A stretch of 27,078 nucleotides of DNA from Bdellovibrionales bacterium (GCA_037969075.1 JBBKWS010000165.1:1-27078); one strand, 5' to 3'; positions 8,613 through 19,330 are shown, numbered from the stretch's first letter. Translations and numbers: made by a program. The notes: generated by a model from the letters alone, not told the origin.

Positions 8613-11423
8613 ATGAGTCAAAAGCCGTGGCTAATAAAAGATAAAAGCGGCAAAATATTTGGGCCGTATGACTACATCAAGCTAGAAGCATTTATAGCTA
8701 AAGGTTTGTTTTCGGGTGAAGAAATGATCTCGGAGTATCCAGACGGAGAATGGTTCCCAATTACTAAGGATTTAAATCTTTATACCAAACTACTGGATCA
8801 ATTAGCGAAAACACCTTCACGTAAACAACAAGATGAAATCCAAAAAGAATTACTTGAGGCCAATGCTCCTGATAATAGTGAAAAAGAAAAAGAAAGAATA
8901 GTCAGCTCTACTGATGATGAGAATTCAGATGATATGCCTACCAACACAAATATTAAAATAGAGCTGGAGTCAGAGGACTGGATTGACCCAACGTTTAAAC
9001 CAAACGATACATACGTTACTACGACCAAAACAATAGAAGTAAAAGAGAGAAGAGAAAAGGCTGGCGGTAGGATAGCAAGGTTTCTATTTCTACTACTTAT
9101 AGTTATAGGGGTACTACTTTATTTGACCAGAAATTATAAAATACGCGAAAGCGTCGAGCTAATTACATTCACAGCTCCTAATTTTAATAAGAACGCAACG
9201 CCTGACCCCGTAGACTTACAGAAGAAAAAATTTCTACAGTTATTAGGTATGTATATGCAGTCTGGCAAAGCCAACTACTTAGAGCTTCGAGAACAACTGG
9301 TACCGTTTTTAGAAAAAAATAAATCAAATGTAGATGCGGTCGCTTTACTTTGTTTGTCATATCGTGAGCTTTGGCCTTATTCTGCTAAATCTTCAACAGA
9401 ATTGGCAGTGCTTAGTAAACTTCTAGAGCAATCATCTAGAGCAGAGTCTTTTAGTGCTTCAGCTTCAACTTGTAACGCTGTGACACAACTCGTTCGAGGG
9501 GATATTGCCGCTGCAAAAAATATTGTGAATAGAGTTTTGTTTCAAGACTCTAGTGCGGTTACATTTTATGAAATGCAGGGAGAGATTTTAAAAAAAGAAG
9601 GAAAGGTAGTTGAGTCTTTAAAGTACTACCAGCAAGCCAGTAAGTTTTGGCCTACGTGGCAAAAACCACTTTTGCAACAAGCGGTGATTCGTGAAGAATC
9701 TGGTCAACCAGTTGCAGCTAAGCAAATTTTAGAAACATTGATTGCCTCTACAGATAAGCATGAGGCCGCTACCATTTTGCTGGCTTATATTGAGCTTAGA
9801 CATTTAAATAATGCAAAACAATCCGCAAATCTAATACGCGCTTTTAAAGAAAATAAGACAGATGCAAGCCCAACGATTGCAGCCAAGGCATATTATACCC
9901 TAGCAATGCTTGAAAATATGAAAGGTAACAAAGATGAGGCAGCAGATTATGCAAAGTCTTCATTAGCCTTAGACGGTAATAATACGACTCTGCAAAATTT
10001 TTTACAGAGTATTGGCAAAACATACGATAAAAAAGTAGTAAAGGGCACCAGCACTGAGCTTGTGGAAAATGGCGATCGTTACTTTTTACAAAAAAGATTT
10101 TTGGATGCGCAAGCAGAGTTTAAGGCTGCTTTTGAAATGGATCCCAATAACATGGCTGCTGCGTATAAGGCTGCTGAAAGTTTGTGGGAATTAAATCAGG
10201 AAAAAGAAGCCATAGCCTGGATGAATAAAGCTATCAAAGCTGACCCAAAATATTTTGAAGCGCACTTAAAATTATCCGAATACTATGCATCCAGATTTGA
10301 TTTTGTTTCGGCATCAAATCAAATGATGAGGGCGCAGCGAGTGAACCGAAAAGATTATAGGCTCTATAGGTATTATGCCATCATTGAAATGAAAAGACTA
10401 AATTACAAAGGCGCTATTAAGCAAGCAGAAGCAGCTATTCAGCGCTATGATGGAGACATTGAATCATTAAAGATTTTGACAGAATCTTACTTAGCGCAAG
10501 GTATGCCAAGAGAAGCTCATTACGCTATTAGTAAAGCGGTAGCTTTAGAAACAACAAACCCAGGATTGCAGTCCCTCTATGCATACAGCTTGTCAAAATT
10601 TCAAGGGCCGGATGCTGGCGTAGCTTATATAAAAAATTTGATAAATAGCTATCCTTCAATTTTAGAATACCGCGGAGAATATGGAAAAATTTTATTAGAT
10701 GATGATAAGTATAACGATGCTATTGGCGTTATACAGCAAGCGATTGACGCTGGTTATTCAGATATAAATGCATATTATAATATATCTGAAGCATATCAGA
10801 AAAAGGGCGACATGCAAAACGCACTAAAAATTCTCTTGTCTGCAGCGCAAGTACGACCTTCTAAGGTAGATACATATATTAAAATTGGTGAGCTGCAATT
10901 TCTCGCCAAAAACTATACGCAATCGGCTCAACAGTTTTCAGTGGCACGTGAACTGAATGATAGCTATCCAAGGCTTAATTCTATGCTGGGGGAATCGTTT
11001 TTAAAATTAGGGCGCTATGAAGATGCGCTTAAATTTGCAAACTTAGAGATGCGTCGAAACCCTAAACTTGCCGATGGGTATTTATTAGCGGGTGATATTT
11101 TTACTGCCCAAGGACAATACTCAAGGGCCGCGGGTGAGTATCAAAAGGTAGTTTCTATAAATCCTAACTCAGCTCTTTTATACGTAAAAATAGCTAGATC
11201 CCATAGATTGGCAGGTAATTATGATGTGGCCCGCTCAATGTTATCCGTTGCTAGTGCAAAAGAGTCTGGTTATGCTGAAATCTATAAAGAAACGGGTGCG
11301 CTGTTGGAGGCCCTGGGTAGCAAGGCAGAGGCCGTAGATGCTTACTCAAGGTACTTGCGTCTGTCACCGAATGCGTCAGATCAACAAGAAATTAGGCGTA
11401 TCATACAAAGCTTAGGAGGATGA
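8613..11423 (+). CDS. Bitopic membrane protein: N-terminal GYF_2-like domain, acidic linker, one TM helix, long TPR array
   Basis: WLIKDKSGKIFGPYD...W N-terminus; TM IARFLFLLLIVIGVLLYL; many TPR-type repeats (e.g. AAGEYQKVVSINPNS, AVDAYSRYLRLSPNA). Confidence 0.85.
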   Translation: MSQKPWLIKDKSGKIFGPYDYIKLEAFIAKGLFSGEEMISEYPDGEWFPITKDLNLYTKLLDQLAKTPSRKQQDEIQKELLEANAPDNSEKEKERIVSSTDDENSDDMPTNTNIKIELESEDWIDPTFKPNDTYVTTTKTIEVKERREKAGGRIARFLFLLLIVIGVLLYLTRNYKIRESVELITFTAPNFNKNATPDPVDLQKKKFLQLLGMYMQSGKANYLELREQLVPFLEKNKSNVDAVALLCLSYRELWPYSAKSSTELAVLSKLLEQSSRAESFSASASTCNAVTQLVRGDIAAAKNIVNRVLFQDSSAVTFYEMQGEILKKEGKVVESLKYYQQASKFWPTWQKPLLQQAVIREESGQPVAAKQILETLIASTDKHEAATILLAYIELRHLNNAKQSANLIRAFKENKTDASPTIAAKAYYTLAMLENMKGNKDEAADYAKSSLALDGNNTTLQNFLQSIGKTYDKKVVKGTSTELVENGDRYFLQKRFLDAQAEFKAAFEMDPNNMAAAYKAAESLWELNQEKEAIAWMNKAIKADPKYFEAHLKLSEYYASRFDFVSASNQMMRAQRVNRKDYRLYRYYAIIEMKRLNYKGAIKQAEAAIQRYDGDIESLKILTESYLAQGMPREAHYAISKAVALETTNPGLQSLYAYSLSKFQGPDAGVAYIKNLINSYPSILEYRGEYGKILLDDDKYNDAIGVIQQAIDAGYSDINAYYNISEAYQKKGDMQNALKILLSAAQVRPSKVDTYIKIGELQFLAKNYTQSAQQFSVARELNDSYPRLNSMLGESFLKLGRYEDALKFANLEMRRNPKLADGYLLAGDIFTAQGQYSRAAGEYQKVVSINPNSALLYVKIARSHRLAGNYDVARSMLSVASAKESGYAEIYKETGALLEALGSKAEAVDAYSRYLRLSPNASDQQEIRRIIQSLGG

Positions 11424-11424
11424 T

Positions 11425-11718
11425 ATGGGAATTATAGCATCAACACATCAAGGAATTAAAAAAGGTTCTACTCACCTAGGTGTCCTAACTTTAAGGGTGC
11501 TCTCTTCTATAATTATTGGATATGCTATTGCCTTAATCGGAGAAGGCTTATTATTTTATGGAAGAATTTCATTTTGGTTTGCGTTAATTGCAAGTTGTGC
11601 GGCTTTTCTAAAAATTACAAGGTCATGGGGAGTTGGTGGGGTTTTAATATTAGATTTAATTCTATTTTTAATAGGTCTTCTGCTTAGAATGTATGTACTT
11701 GTTGCCCCAGGCGCTTAA
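11425..11718 (+). CDS. Small integral membrane protein (about 3 TM helices)
   Basis: 97 aa, three hydrophobic segments; GGAGG RBS inside the end of the TPR gene, 1-nt gap (translational coupling). Confidence 0.8.
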   Translation: MGIIASTHQGIKKGSTHLGVLTLRVLSSIIIGYAIALIGEGLLFYGRISFWFALIASCAAFLKITRSWGVGGVLILDLILFLIGLLLRMYVLVAPGA

Positions 11719-11756
11719 ATTTAATATACCTAAAGCGCTATACGGGAAGGTCGAGC

Positions 11757-13040
11757 ATGTTAGATATCAAATTAATTGAGCAAAATCCAAGCGAATATAA
11801 AGAATTTTTAAAAAACCGTAAAGGCGATCCAGCTGAAATTGATACATTACTAGAAAAAAGTAAGAAGCGTCGGGATTTAATTGCGAAGACTGAAGAGTTA
11901 AAGGCAAAGCAAAACTCTGTCAGTAAAGATATTCCAAGCTTAAAAAAACAAGGTAAAAATACTGATGATCTAATGGCTCAAATGACAGCCATTAAAGAAG
12001 AAATAAAAAAAATGGAAGTGCTTCAAGCTACTGCGCAAGAAGATGTAGACCATATTTTATTAAGGCTACCGAATAAGCTTCATTCCTCTGTGCCAGTGGG
12101 TACAAGTGAGGCGGATAACAAAATAGTACGAACAGTAGGAGAAAAAGGAACCTATTCTTTTAAACCACAGTCACACGACGATCTAGGTACAAAATTACAA
12201 GTTTTAGATTTTGAACGTGCCGCTAAGGTTACGGGATCAAGGTTTTGTTTTCTTAGAAAAGAAGCCGCTCTTTTAGAGCGTGCCCTTCAAAATTTTATGT
12301 TAGATCTTCACACGCAAAAACATGGATATGAAGAATGCATGCCACCATTGATGGCCAACGACGCATCATTTCAGGGTACAGGACAATTTCCTAAATTTAT
12401 AGAAGACGTTTTTCATATAGAAGGCATGGGCTATCACTTAATTCCAACAGCTGAGGTTCCGGTAACTAATTTTTACGCTGGAGAAATCTTAGAAGAGGCA
12501 AATCTTCCGCAAAAAATGACAGCATTTACTCCATGTTTTAGATCTGAGGCTGGTTCGCATGGTAGAGATACTAAGGGATTGATCAGACAGCATCAGTTCA
12601 ATAAAGTCGAGATGGTACAGTTTGTTCACCCAGACAAATCTTATGAGGCGCATGAAGAATTAACTGGTCATGCAGAAGAAGTTCTAAAGCAATTAGAGCT
12701 ACATTATGAGGTAGCGATTCTTTGTTCAGGTGATATTGGGTTTGGTGCGGCTAAATGCCACGATATAAATGTGTGGCTACCAGGACAAAATGCATTTCGT
12801 GAAATTTCATCTTGTTCGAACTTTGAAGACTTTCAGGCAAGACGAGCAAATATAAGATTTAGGCCTAACGGTGGGGGAAAACCACAGTTTGTTCACACCT
12901 TAAATGGATCTGGTTTAGCTGTCGGTAGAACTTTGCTTGCGATTTTTGAAAACTATCAACAAGAAGATGGTAGTGTTCAAATTCCCAAGGTATTACAAAA
13001 ATATACAAATGGTCTGACAGTAATTAAAGCTAATAAATAG
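11757..13040 (+). CDS. serS: Serine--tRNA ligase
   Basis: [41 protein letters not shown] and [13 protein letters not shown] motifs. Confidence 0.99.
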   Translation: MLDIKLIEQNPSEYKEFLKNRKGDPAEIDTLLEKSKKRRDLIAKTEELKAKQNSVSKDIPSLKKQGKNTDDLMAQMTAIKEEIKKMEVLQATAQEDVDHILLRLPNKLHSSVPVGTSEADNKIVRTVGEKGTYSFKPQSHDDLGTKLQVLDFERAAKVTGSRFCFLRKEAALLERALQNFMLDLHTQKHGYEECMPPLMANDASFQGTGQFPKFIEDVFHIEGMGYHLIPTAEVPVTNFYAGEILEEANLPQKMTAFTPCFRSEAGSHGRDTKGLIRQHQFNKVEMVQFVHPDKSYEAHEELTGHAEEVLKQLELHYEVAILCSGDIGFGAAKCHDINVWLPGQNAFREISSCSNFEDFQARRANIRFRPNGGGKPQFVHTLNGSGLAVGRTLLAIFENYQQEDGSVQIPKVLQKYTNGLTVIKANK

Positions 13041-14022
13041 CCGGTCTAACAGTTATAAATTTTGCACCAAACCTAGCGCTATGCGGATATAATATATAAA
13101 CAAGATCTCCATTAGCTAAAAATTCTGGATACATGGCGTTGCCATCGATGTAATTAGAGATTTTATAAGTAATGTTTTTCAATCGATCTTTAATATAGAT
13201 ATTTGCGACAGTTGTCGAGCTTGGGTCACTAATATGTTGAAAGGCATAGTTACCTAAGGCGTCAGCTTTATCAAATACATGAAAGGCTATGTAGCGTTTG
13301 TTATAGGCAAAAGAAATTTTACCAGCAAGATAACCAAGCTCTTCACTTACCTCGCACGTACCATCATGATTTAATTTATATATACGAGATTTTCCGACAT
13401 CATAATCTAAGCCACTAAACTCTGTTCCGTCTTTTGAAATCATTGGTAGGGCAAACTTATAATTGCTACATACTAGAGTAACAGGACTGATCACCTCCAT
13501 ATTTATAGTTCTTCCGTTTGCATCTAGACTTTCTCTGTAGTCCCTGAAGTAGCGCAATTTATTTTCAATAATCACCCGGTAGAGAATTTCGGTGTCATTT
13601 TTGCGTAAAACAGCTACGCTTTCGTATACACCTTTAAAGTCAATGTCGTTAAAGAATGGCTTTGCGGCTACGCCTTGCGAGATTAGATCATCAAGATGAT
13701 AAAAGCGCAGGCCGTATTCGGCAACTTGTGAAGGTACAATTACATTTCGCATATTTAGTGCAAACATAGGGTCATAGGCACCCGGTATTTGTATAGAGGT
13801 ACCAGACTGTGAATCTAGTAAAAGATTTTTATCTGTGTGGTGTCCATCCGCGGGCTTCCAAGTTGTGTAAGTAAAATATCTACCATCAGGAGAGGGTTTA
13901 AAAAAATATGTAGGTCTATCTGTAATTGTTGTCTCGCTAATTAACAGCGGTTCAGAATAAAGCTGATCGTTATTGGTATCACCTGCAAAACTGATGAAAT
14001 TAAATAATAAAAAAAGTATCAC
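13030..14022 (-). CDS. Secreted TolB/PD40-like beta-propeller protein
   Basis: Short signal peptide; blade-like motifs [47 protein letters not shown] overlap with the upstream gene. Confidence 0.7.
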   Translation of the reverse strand: MILFLLFNFISFAGDTNNDQLYSEPLLISETTITDRPTYFFKPSPDGRYFTYTTWKPADGHHTDKNLLLDSQSGTSIQIPGAYDPMFALNMRNVIVPSQVAEYGLRFYHLDDLISQGVAAKPFFNDIDFKGVYESVAVLRKNDTEILYRVIIENKLRYFRDYRESLDANGRTINMEVISPVTLVCSNYKFALPMISKDGTEFSGLDYDVGKSRIYKLNHDGTCEVSEELGYLAGKISFAYNKRYIAFHVFDKADALGNYAFQHISDPSSTTVANIYIKDRLKNITYKISNYIDGNAMYPEFLANGDLVYILYPHSARFGAKFITVRPAIY

Positions 14023-14396
14023 TTAAGCCTCCCAAGGATTACGGCCTCTAAAGTTTGTGGCTCAAGATACCCTAGATGAATGTTTCCCTGAACAACGCCA
14101 TCATCCAAAACGGCAAAACCAGGAAAGTGATTTAAAATGCCTAAATGTACTAATTCGTCTGATAAGTATTGTGTTTGAGCATAAGGTGTAAGTTCAGTAT
14201 CTAATGATTCGACAGATAAAAAAGGATCAAAAACAAATGTGCATTGAAAGTCATATTTGTAACAAAGCTGTTCAACATCAATGATGCCTTCAATAGACAA
14301 AGGCATCATAGTTGACCAGGTATAAATAATTTCAATATTTGCTTTTGCAAACAAGGGCAGTAGCACTAGTAAAAGTATAAACTTGATTTTCCCCAA
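14019..14396 (-). CDS. Secreted protein with probable thioredoxin-like fold lacking CxxC
   Basis: TTG 14396 after GGGGGA gives signal peptide MGKIKFILLLVLLPLFAKA; IIYTWSTMMPLS aligns with TlpA-like W-A-T-W-C-P-P-C; HFPGFAVL resembles the cis-Pro loop; ends HLGY. Fold call is inference. Confidence 0.55.
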   Translation of the reverse strand: MGKIKFILLLVLLPLFAKANIEIIYTWSTMMPLSIEGIIDVEQLCYKYDFQCTFVFDPFLSVESLDTELTPYAQTQYLSDELVHLGILNHFPGFAVLDDGVVQGNIHLGYLEPQTLEAVILGRLK

Positions 14397-14577
14397 ACGT
14401 CCCCCGACAAGATAAATGTAACTTGGGTTAGCGAGGGACGCAGGCATTAAAAAAGTACGAATAGTTTTTTGTAAAAAGGCATGCGAAAGTTAATAAAAGC
14501 ATAATGGCACCCAGTAAGACTTTCACTGCGCAACTGTGAGTTACAAAAAATATGCAAATATATTCAGCGGGCGATTC

Positions 14578-17500
14578 TTAAAAATTAAGATCTTCTAACT
14601 TTGTTACTGCCGTAGCCGCCACGTGGTCTTTGGAGGCCGGCTTCACAATAAATCGATTTAAAGCTCGCTGTCTTAGATGTAAAAACATAGGAAGATAATA
14701 CATTGTTAATATGCCAGAAATAAAAAGACCCCAACCCATTGTGAAGGCTAGTGGCTTAGTAAAGCCAGATTCTCCGCCCCATGAATAGGCCATAGGAACT
14801 AATCCCCCGAGAGTCGTTAGTGTTGTTAAAAGAATTGGTCGTAATCTAGACGTCGCACCATCGATGATGGTATCAAGGCTTGTAGTATTCAAGCTTTTTT
14901 GAATTTTGTTAATCTGGTCTACCATAACAATAGAGACATTCACAGATACCCCAACCATGCCTACAAGCCCGATCATAGCCATTAAGCTAAGTTGGTGACC
15001 ATGCGAGTAAAGGGCTAAAATTGAGCCGATAAATCCAAACGGTATAGGCAAAGAAACTAAAAGTGGTTGTGTAATATTACCAAGGGTAACTGCTAATACA
15101 AAAAAGACCAGAAGCATGCATGTAATGACGACCTTTAGGGCCCATGATCGATTTTTCTTTTCTTGCTCAGAGATCCCCTCTACTTCGAACCTGTAATCGG
15201 GATTTGCTTTTTGTAAAACATCAGTTTTTTCGCTAACCAACTTTTGTAATGAGTCTCTGGGGATATCTTTATCTAGTTTAAATGAGAAGCGAAGCTCTCG
15301 CTCACTATTTGAGTGGTATATTGTTTTTAAAGCATATTTCTTTTCCCAAGTACCAAATAATTTTGCAGGAACCTCAACGCCATAAGAGTTCAGAATGCGA
15401 ATGTCATTAAGTGATTCATAGGTGTGCTCTTTGTCGTGATCCACTGTTGTGTATACGCGAACGGGTTCACCTTCGATTCGAACCTCGGCGATTTTATCAG
15501 CCACAAGTAGAGACTTTAAATGGCTTAATATATTAAATGTTGAAGAGCTGGCTTGGGCGATCTCTGCGTAATCGGGCTGAAACTCCCATGTTTCCTGAAT
15601 ACTGTCCGAATCAGAAACATATTCTGTAATACCCTTAACAGAGGTGACGTCTCTAACTAGTAGGCTTTCTAAGGTGTTAAAATCTAGAGACTCATTTCCT
15701 CTAACATAAATTTGTAATAGTGAGTCCGACTCTCTTTCTTCACCTTCTTTTTCAAAATCAACATATAATTTCTCGGTTTCTACTTTATAGATCTCTAAAA
15801 GTGGCTCAATTTTTTTCTGTAACGTCTCTTTTAACTTTGTGGGATAGTTTGTAGTAGAAGGGAAGTTAACGTTTATTTTTATATATCGGTTTCCGCGATA
15901 AGATTTTCCCGACTCCCAAATACTCCCAATGTGGGTGACTACAGTCTCAACCTCATTTTTAGGAAACTTTAAAATTTCAGATTCGATTTTTTGGGCCCAA
16001 GCAACGGCTTCTTTGATGGAGGGCTCACCTTTTAGGTGAGCAAAGACCGTTACGCGCTCCGGGCTAATGGATAGTTGAAAATTCTGCCCTAACTTTTTAG
16101 TGGCGATATAAACACTAAGAGCAAAAATACTAATTAAAAAGATAGTAGATAGTACAGAAAATCTAATGAAGATCTTTAACGATGATATGTATTTTTTTTC
16201 TAAATAAGACATGATGCCTAGGGCGTATTTATTTTCTTTAATAGGGTTTTTTACAAAATGCATAAGGTGGTTTGGTAAGATAAAGAAAGTTTCAAACCAG
16301 CTAAATAACAACGCCGAAATTAGCACAACCGGAATAGCTGCCAGTATCGTTGAAATTTCACTGTGTAAAAACAAAATGGGGCTAAACGCCACGCAGGTGG
16401 TAAGTATAGTGCCGGTCACAGGAACGATGAGATCATCAACAGCTTTCTTTGCTGCTACAAACGGTAGGGCACCATGAGCCCTTAATCTGGTGTAACGTTC
16501 AGCCAAGATAATGGCATCATCAACCAAAATACCTATGACTAAGATCATTCCTATTAATGAGATTAGATCAATTGAAATTCCACAAAGTTTTAATACGATC
16601 GCCGTGCCAAGGTAAGCCAGCGGTACGCCCACTGCGGTCATTAGGGCAACGCGCACATTTAAAAAGAACATAAGGATTAATAAAACCAGTAAGAACCCAG
16701 TGAGGGCATTTTTATTTAAGACACTGATTTGTTGTCTTACAAAATGAGCGCCGCTCATCATTTTTTTTAGATGCAGATCGGGTGGGAGTTTTTCGTTCCA
16801 CGCAGCAATTTTCTTATCCATTGCGGCCTCAACGACAAAGGAGTCCGAGAAGGTATCTTTGCGTACGTATATTGAAGTCGCACTTTGTCCATCAACGCGG
16901 CTTACATAATTAGCTGTACCAGTTCTAAAGTTTACATTTGCAACGTCATCTAAAAATATAGTTTGCCCAGCTGAATTAGCTTTTATTGGCAAGCGTTTGA
17001 TTTTCTCTACATCAGAACTAACATTAGATACCCTAACCATAAAATCTTTGGCAGTAGTGGTAAGCTGTCCTATGGGCGCATAACTAAGAGCCGTTTGCAG
17101 CACAGACCTAATTTGCTCCACTGAAACTTCGTGATACTTTAATTTTTTAGAGTCTAAATCAATATACAAATTTAAATCTGAGCTATCGGCCGAAGCTCTT
17201 ACGACTCCGCTAATATTTAAAATGTCCCTCTCAATGGCGGTTACAAATTTTATGTGCTCCACATTTTGCGCTTCAAAGCCTATAAGACTTAGGTAGCCAG
17301 CAAAAACCTCAGTTACCTTGTCTTCCGAAACATTTATGGATTCAATCGAGTCTGGCAATTGTGTACGTATAGAGGCGATTTTTGATTCAACCTCTTTTAC
17401 CATTTCACTAAGGTTAGCGTTTCCACCTTCAAAGGCTACGGTTATATTAGATGTGTCTTGAGAGGAGTGGGAGGTTACTTTATCAATCCCGGGTAGCGAT

Positions 17501-17721
17501 CGTAGGGTTTGCTCTACGGGATATGTAATCAGTCTTTCGATGTCTTCAGAACTTCCGCCGGGCATATAAATATTTACAGTAATGTTATTAAACTCGAAAG
17601 GGGGGATTAAATCACGCTTAAGAGCCGATAAGCACAAAAGCCCTACTAGTAAAATAGCAACCATTACAAGATTCGTTAAAAACGAAGAGTTTAAAAATTT
17701 TTGTACAGGCCCTTTTAGCAT
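14578..17721 (-). CDS. RND-superfamily (AcrB/AcrD/AcrF-like) transporter permease
   Basis: 1047 aa; IERLITYPVEQ, TM4 GILVDDAII, TM11 RLRPILLTTLTT; two large periplasmic loops. Confidence 0.95.
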   Translation of the reverse strand: MLKGPVQKFLNSSFLTNLVMVAILLVGLLCLSALKRDLIPPFEFNNITVNIYMPGGSSEDIERLITYPVEQTLRSLPGIDKVTSHSSQDTSNITVAFEGGNANLSEMVKEVESKIASIRTQLPDSIESINVSEDKVTEVFAGYLSLIGFEAQNVEHIKFVTAIERDILNISGVVRASADSSDLNLYIDLDSKKLKYHEVSVEQIRSVLQTALSYAPIGQLTTTAKDFMVRVSNVSSDVEKIKRLPIKANSAGQTIFLDDVANVNFRTGTANYVSRVDGQSATSIYVRKDTFSDSFVVEAAMDKKIAAWNEKLPPDLHLKKMMSGAHFVRQQISVLNKNALTGFLLVLLILMFFLNVRVALMTAVGVPLAYLGTAIVLKLCGISIDLISLIGMILVIGILVDDAIILAERYTRLRAHGALPFVAAKKAVDDLIVPVTGTILTTCVAFSPILFLHSEISTILAAIPVVLISALLFSWFETFFILPNHLMHFVKNPIKENKYALGIMSYLEKKYISSLKIFIRFSVLSTIFLISIFALSVYIATKKLGQNFQLSISPERVTVFAHLKGEPSIKEAVAWAQKIESEILKFPKNEVETVVTHIGSIWESGKSYRGNRYIKINVNFPSTTNYPTKLKETLQKKIEPLLEIYKVETEKLYVDFEKEGEERESDSLLQIYVRGNESLDFNTLESLLVRDVTSVKGITEYVSDSDSIQETWEFQPDYAEIAQASSSTFNILSHLKSLLVADKIAEVRIEGEPVRVYTTVDHDKEHTYESLNDIRILNSYGVEVPAKLFGTWEKKYALKTIYHSNSERELRFSFKLDKDIPRDSLQKLVSEKTDVLQKANPDYRFEVEGISEQEKKNRSWALKVVITCMLLVFFVLAVTLGNITQPLLVSLPIPFGFIGSILALYSHGHQLSLMAMIGLVGMVGVSVNVSIVMVDQINKIQKSLNTTSLDTIIDGATSRLRPILLTTLTTLGGLVPMAYSWGGESGFTKPLAFTMGWGLFISGILTMYYLPMFLHLRQRALNRFIVKPASKDHVAATAVTKLEDLNF

Positions 17722-17852
17722 TAGTAGTTGATAAGGTAGTTTTTAGAGGAGGGCAAGGTTAAATCAAAGATTGTAAAAGCCTCAACTTATATGACAATTT
17801 GTGCGCCTAAAAACATAATTTTCATCTGAACTGGATGTAATAAGCTCCTGGT

Positions 17853-17868
17853 AGGCACTAAAATTGCT
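17853..17868 (+). promoter_or_regulatory. Sigma54 (-24/-12) promoter
   Basis: AGGCAC-TAAAA-TTGCT versus TGGCAC-N5-TTGCW with exact GG-N10-GC spacing, 46 nt before ATG 17915. Confidence 0.75.
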
Positions 17869-17914
17869 TAGTACTCAGGTAACATTTACCCACTTTAATT
17901 GAGGGCCCTAAATC

Positions 17915-18886
17915 ATGAAATGTATGTACTTTTTGACTATGATATTTTTGTTTATATTTTCATTACCCCTATTTGCTCAAAGCACAACGTCGTCGACAGA
18001 AGGGTATGGTGTATCAGGCAGGCTTAGAGTCGCAGACCGTTGGGCAGAAGATGACAATAAGGCTGTTCATACAGCAAGAGGACAGTTTCGTATGGATGGC
18101 TGGTTAAAGTTGGGTGCGGGTGGTTGCGTAAAACTAAACGGGCGTCTAACTACTGGAAATTCATTTAACAGCGAATGGGCAATATCTGGTTTAGCTGACG
18201 GTAAAGAGAGTGTAGATTTTAACTTACGTCGCTTATACTTAGATGTGGCCTGTATTAAAGAAAATGTAAAAGTCGAAATGGGCGCCATGCCTGCTAGAAG
18301 CGTAGGAAGATTAGGAGTTACCGACTATGGCTGGGTAGATGGTCTAAGAGTGATCATTGATGACAAAGAAAATGGGCGATTACTATATTTAACAGTTGGT
18401 GAAATTAATGATTTAAAAGAGCCTAGCGTATTTAAAAGAAAACATGGCGGAGCAAACTACACGCAAGCAGAGCTTCAGCAGTTATTTGGTGATGATAATA
18501 GTATTATAATCAGTATATCTAAATATAAAGACACCCTGTACACAAGAGCGGGTCTTCGCTGGGCAGTAAACTCTTATTTTGATTGGATCGATGCGATTAG
18601 TGTAGAAACCCTTTTCACAGAAAAAAAACACACAGGAGATCTTTTTGCTATGGATAAAAATCTAGATAAGTGGAAAGTAAGGGCGTACTATTCAGAAATT
18701 AAAAAAAACCCGGATCCAGAGAAAAACATAGAGCTGTTAATTAAAAACTCTTTTGGTTTTGGCAAAAACTATTACTTTGAACTTGAAAGACAAGTCGGAG
18801 GAAAATGGCAGTTTAACGTTAGGCTAAGAGATGGTGAAGCGGGCTATCTAATGGAAGCGGGCTTTACTAGGCACTTCAATTATTAA
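17915..18886 (+). CDS. Putative outer-membrane beta-barrel / porin-like protein
   Basis: Signal peptide ending LFA; alternating amphipathic strands (GVSGRLRV, FNLRRLYLDV, WQFNVRL); aromatic C-terminal strand EAGFTRHFNY; GAGGG RBS. Confidence 0.65.
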   Translation: MKCMYFLTMIFLFIFSLPLFAQSTTSSTEGYGVSGRLRVADRWAEDDNKAVHTARGQFRMDGWLKLGAGGCVKLNGRLTTGNSFNSEWAISGLADGKESVDFNLRRLYLDVACIKENVKVEMGAMPARSVGRLGVTDYGWVDGLRVIIDDKENGRLLYLTVGEINDLKEPSVFKRKHGGANYTQAELQQLFGDDNSIIISISKYKDTLYTRAGLRWAVNSYFDWIDAISVETLFTEKKHTGDLFAMDKNLDKWKVRAYYSEIKKNPDPEKNIELLIKNSFGFGKNYYFELERQVGGKWQFNVRLRDGEAGYLMEAGFTRHFNY

Positions 18887-18889
18887 GTT

Positions 18890-19330
18890 TTATTTTTCGG
18901 GTTTTGAATGAAAAACCCAAAGAGGCCCAATCAATAAAAACTGAATATCTTTAAAAAACGAGGGCTTCTTGCCCTCTATTTTATGGCCTACAAATTGCCC
19001 GATCCATGCAACAATAAAAATTGAGACATAAAAAATTAGATGTGGCATCGTAAAATTTTGCAATAATCCTATTATTAATAAAAAAACTAAAATTAAAAAT
19101 AGCATTTGTATAAATGGTTTTAAGCCCAAGCGAGCATAGAAAACTAAAGACAGAGCACTGAAAACGGTGGCTCCGTTAAGTAGTATACTTATGCTACTTG
19201 ATAGTTGCCAAAGTATTCCCAGCAAACTAAATGCAATCAACGGGACACAAATAGTGTGAATATTTTTGTTTGTTGGGTTTAGATGGGTTTCTTGGTATTC
19301 TGCTAGCCATTGCTCTTTCGATCTTTTCAT
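18890..19330 (-). CDS. Mpo1-like / DUF962 membrane protein
   Basis: Y.ETH.NPTN..IH.ICVP and WIGQFVGHKIEGKKPSFFKD.QFLLIGPLW signatures; start set at MKRSKEQW (ATG 19330). Confidence 0.92.
   Translation of the reverse strand: MKRSKEQWLAEYQETHLNPTNKNIHTICVPLIAFSLLGILWQLSSSISILLNGATVFSALSLVFYARLGLKPFIQMLFLILVFLLIIGLLQNFTMPHLIFYVSIFIVAWIGQFVGHKIEGKKPSFFKDIQFLLIGPLWVFHSKPEK

Noticed and set aside
13030..13040. 11-nt convergent overlap of serS and the propeller gene
   Set aside because: Short tail-to-tail overlaps are common in compact genomes; no additional structure seen.
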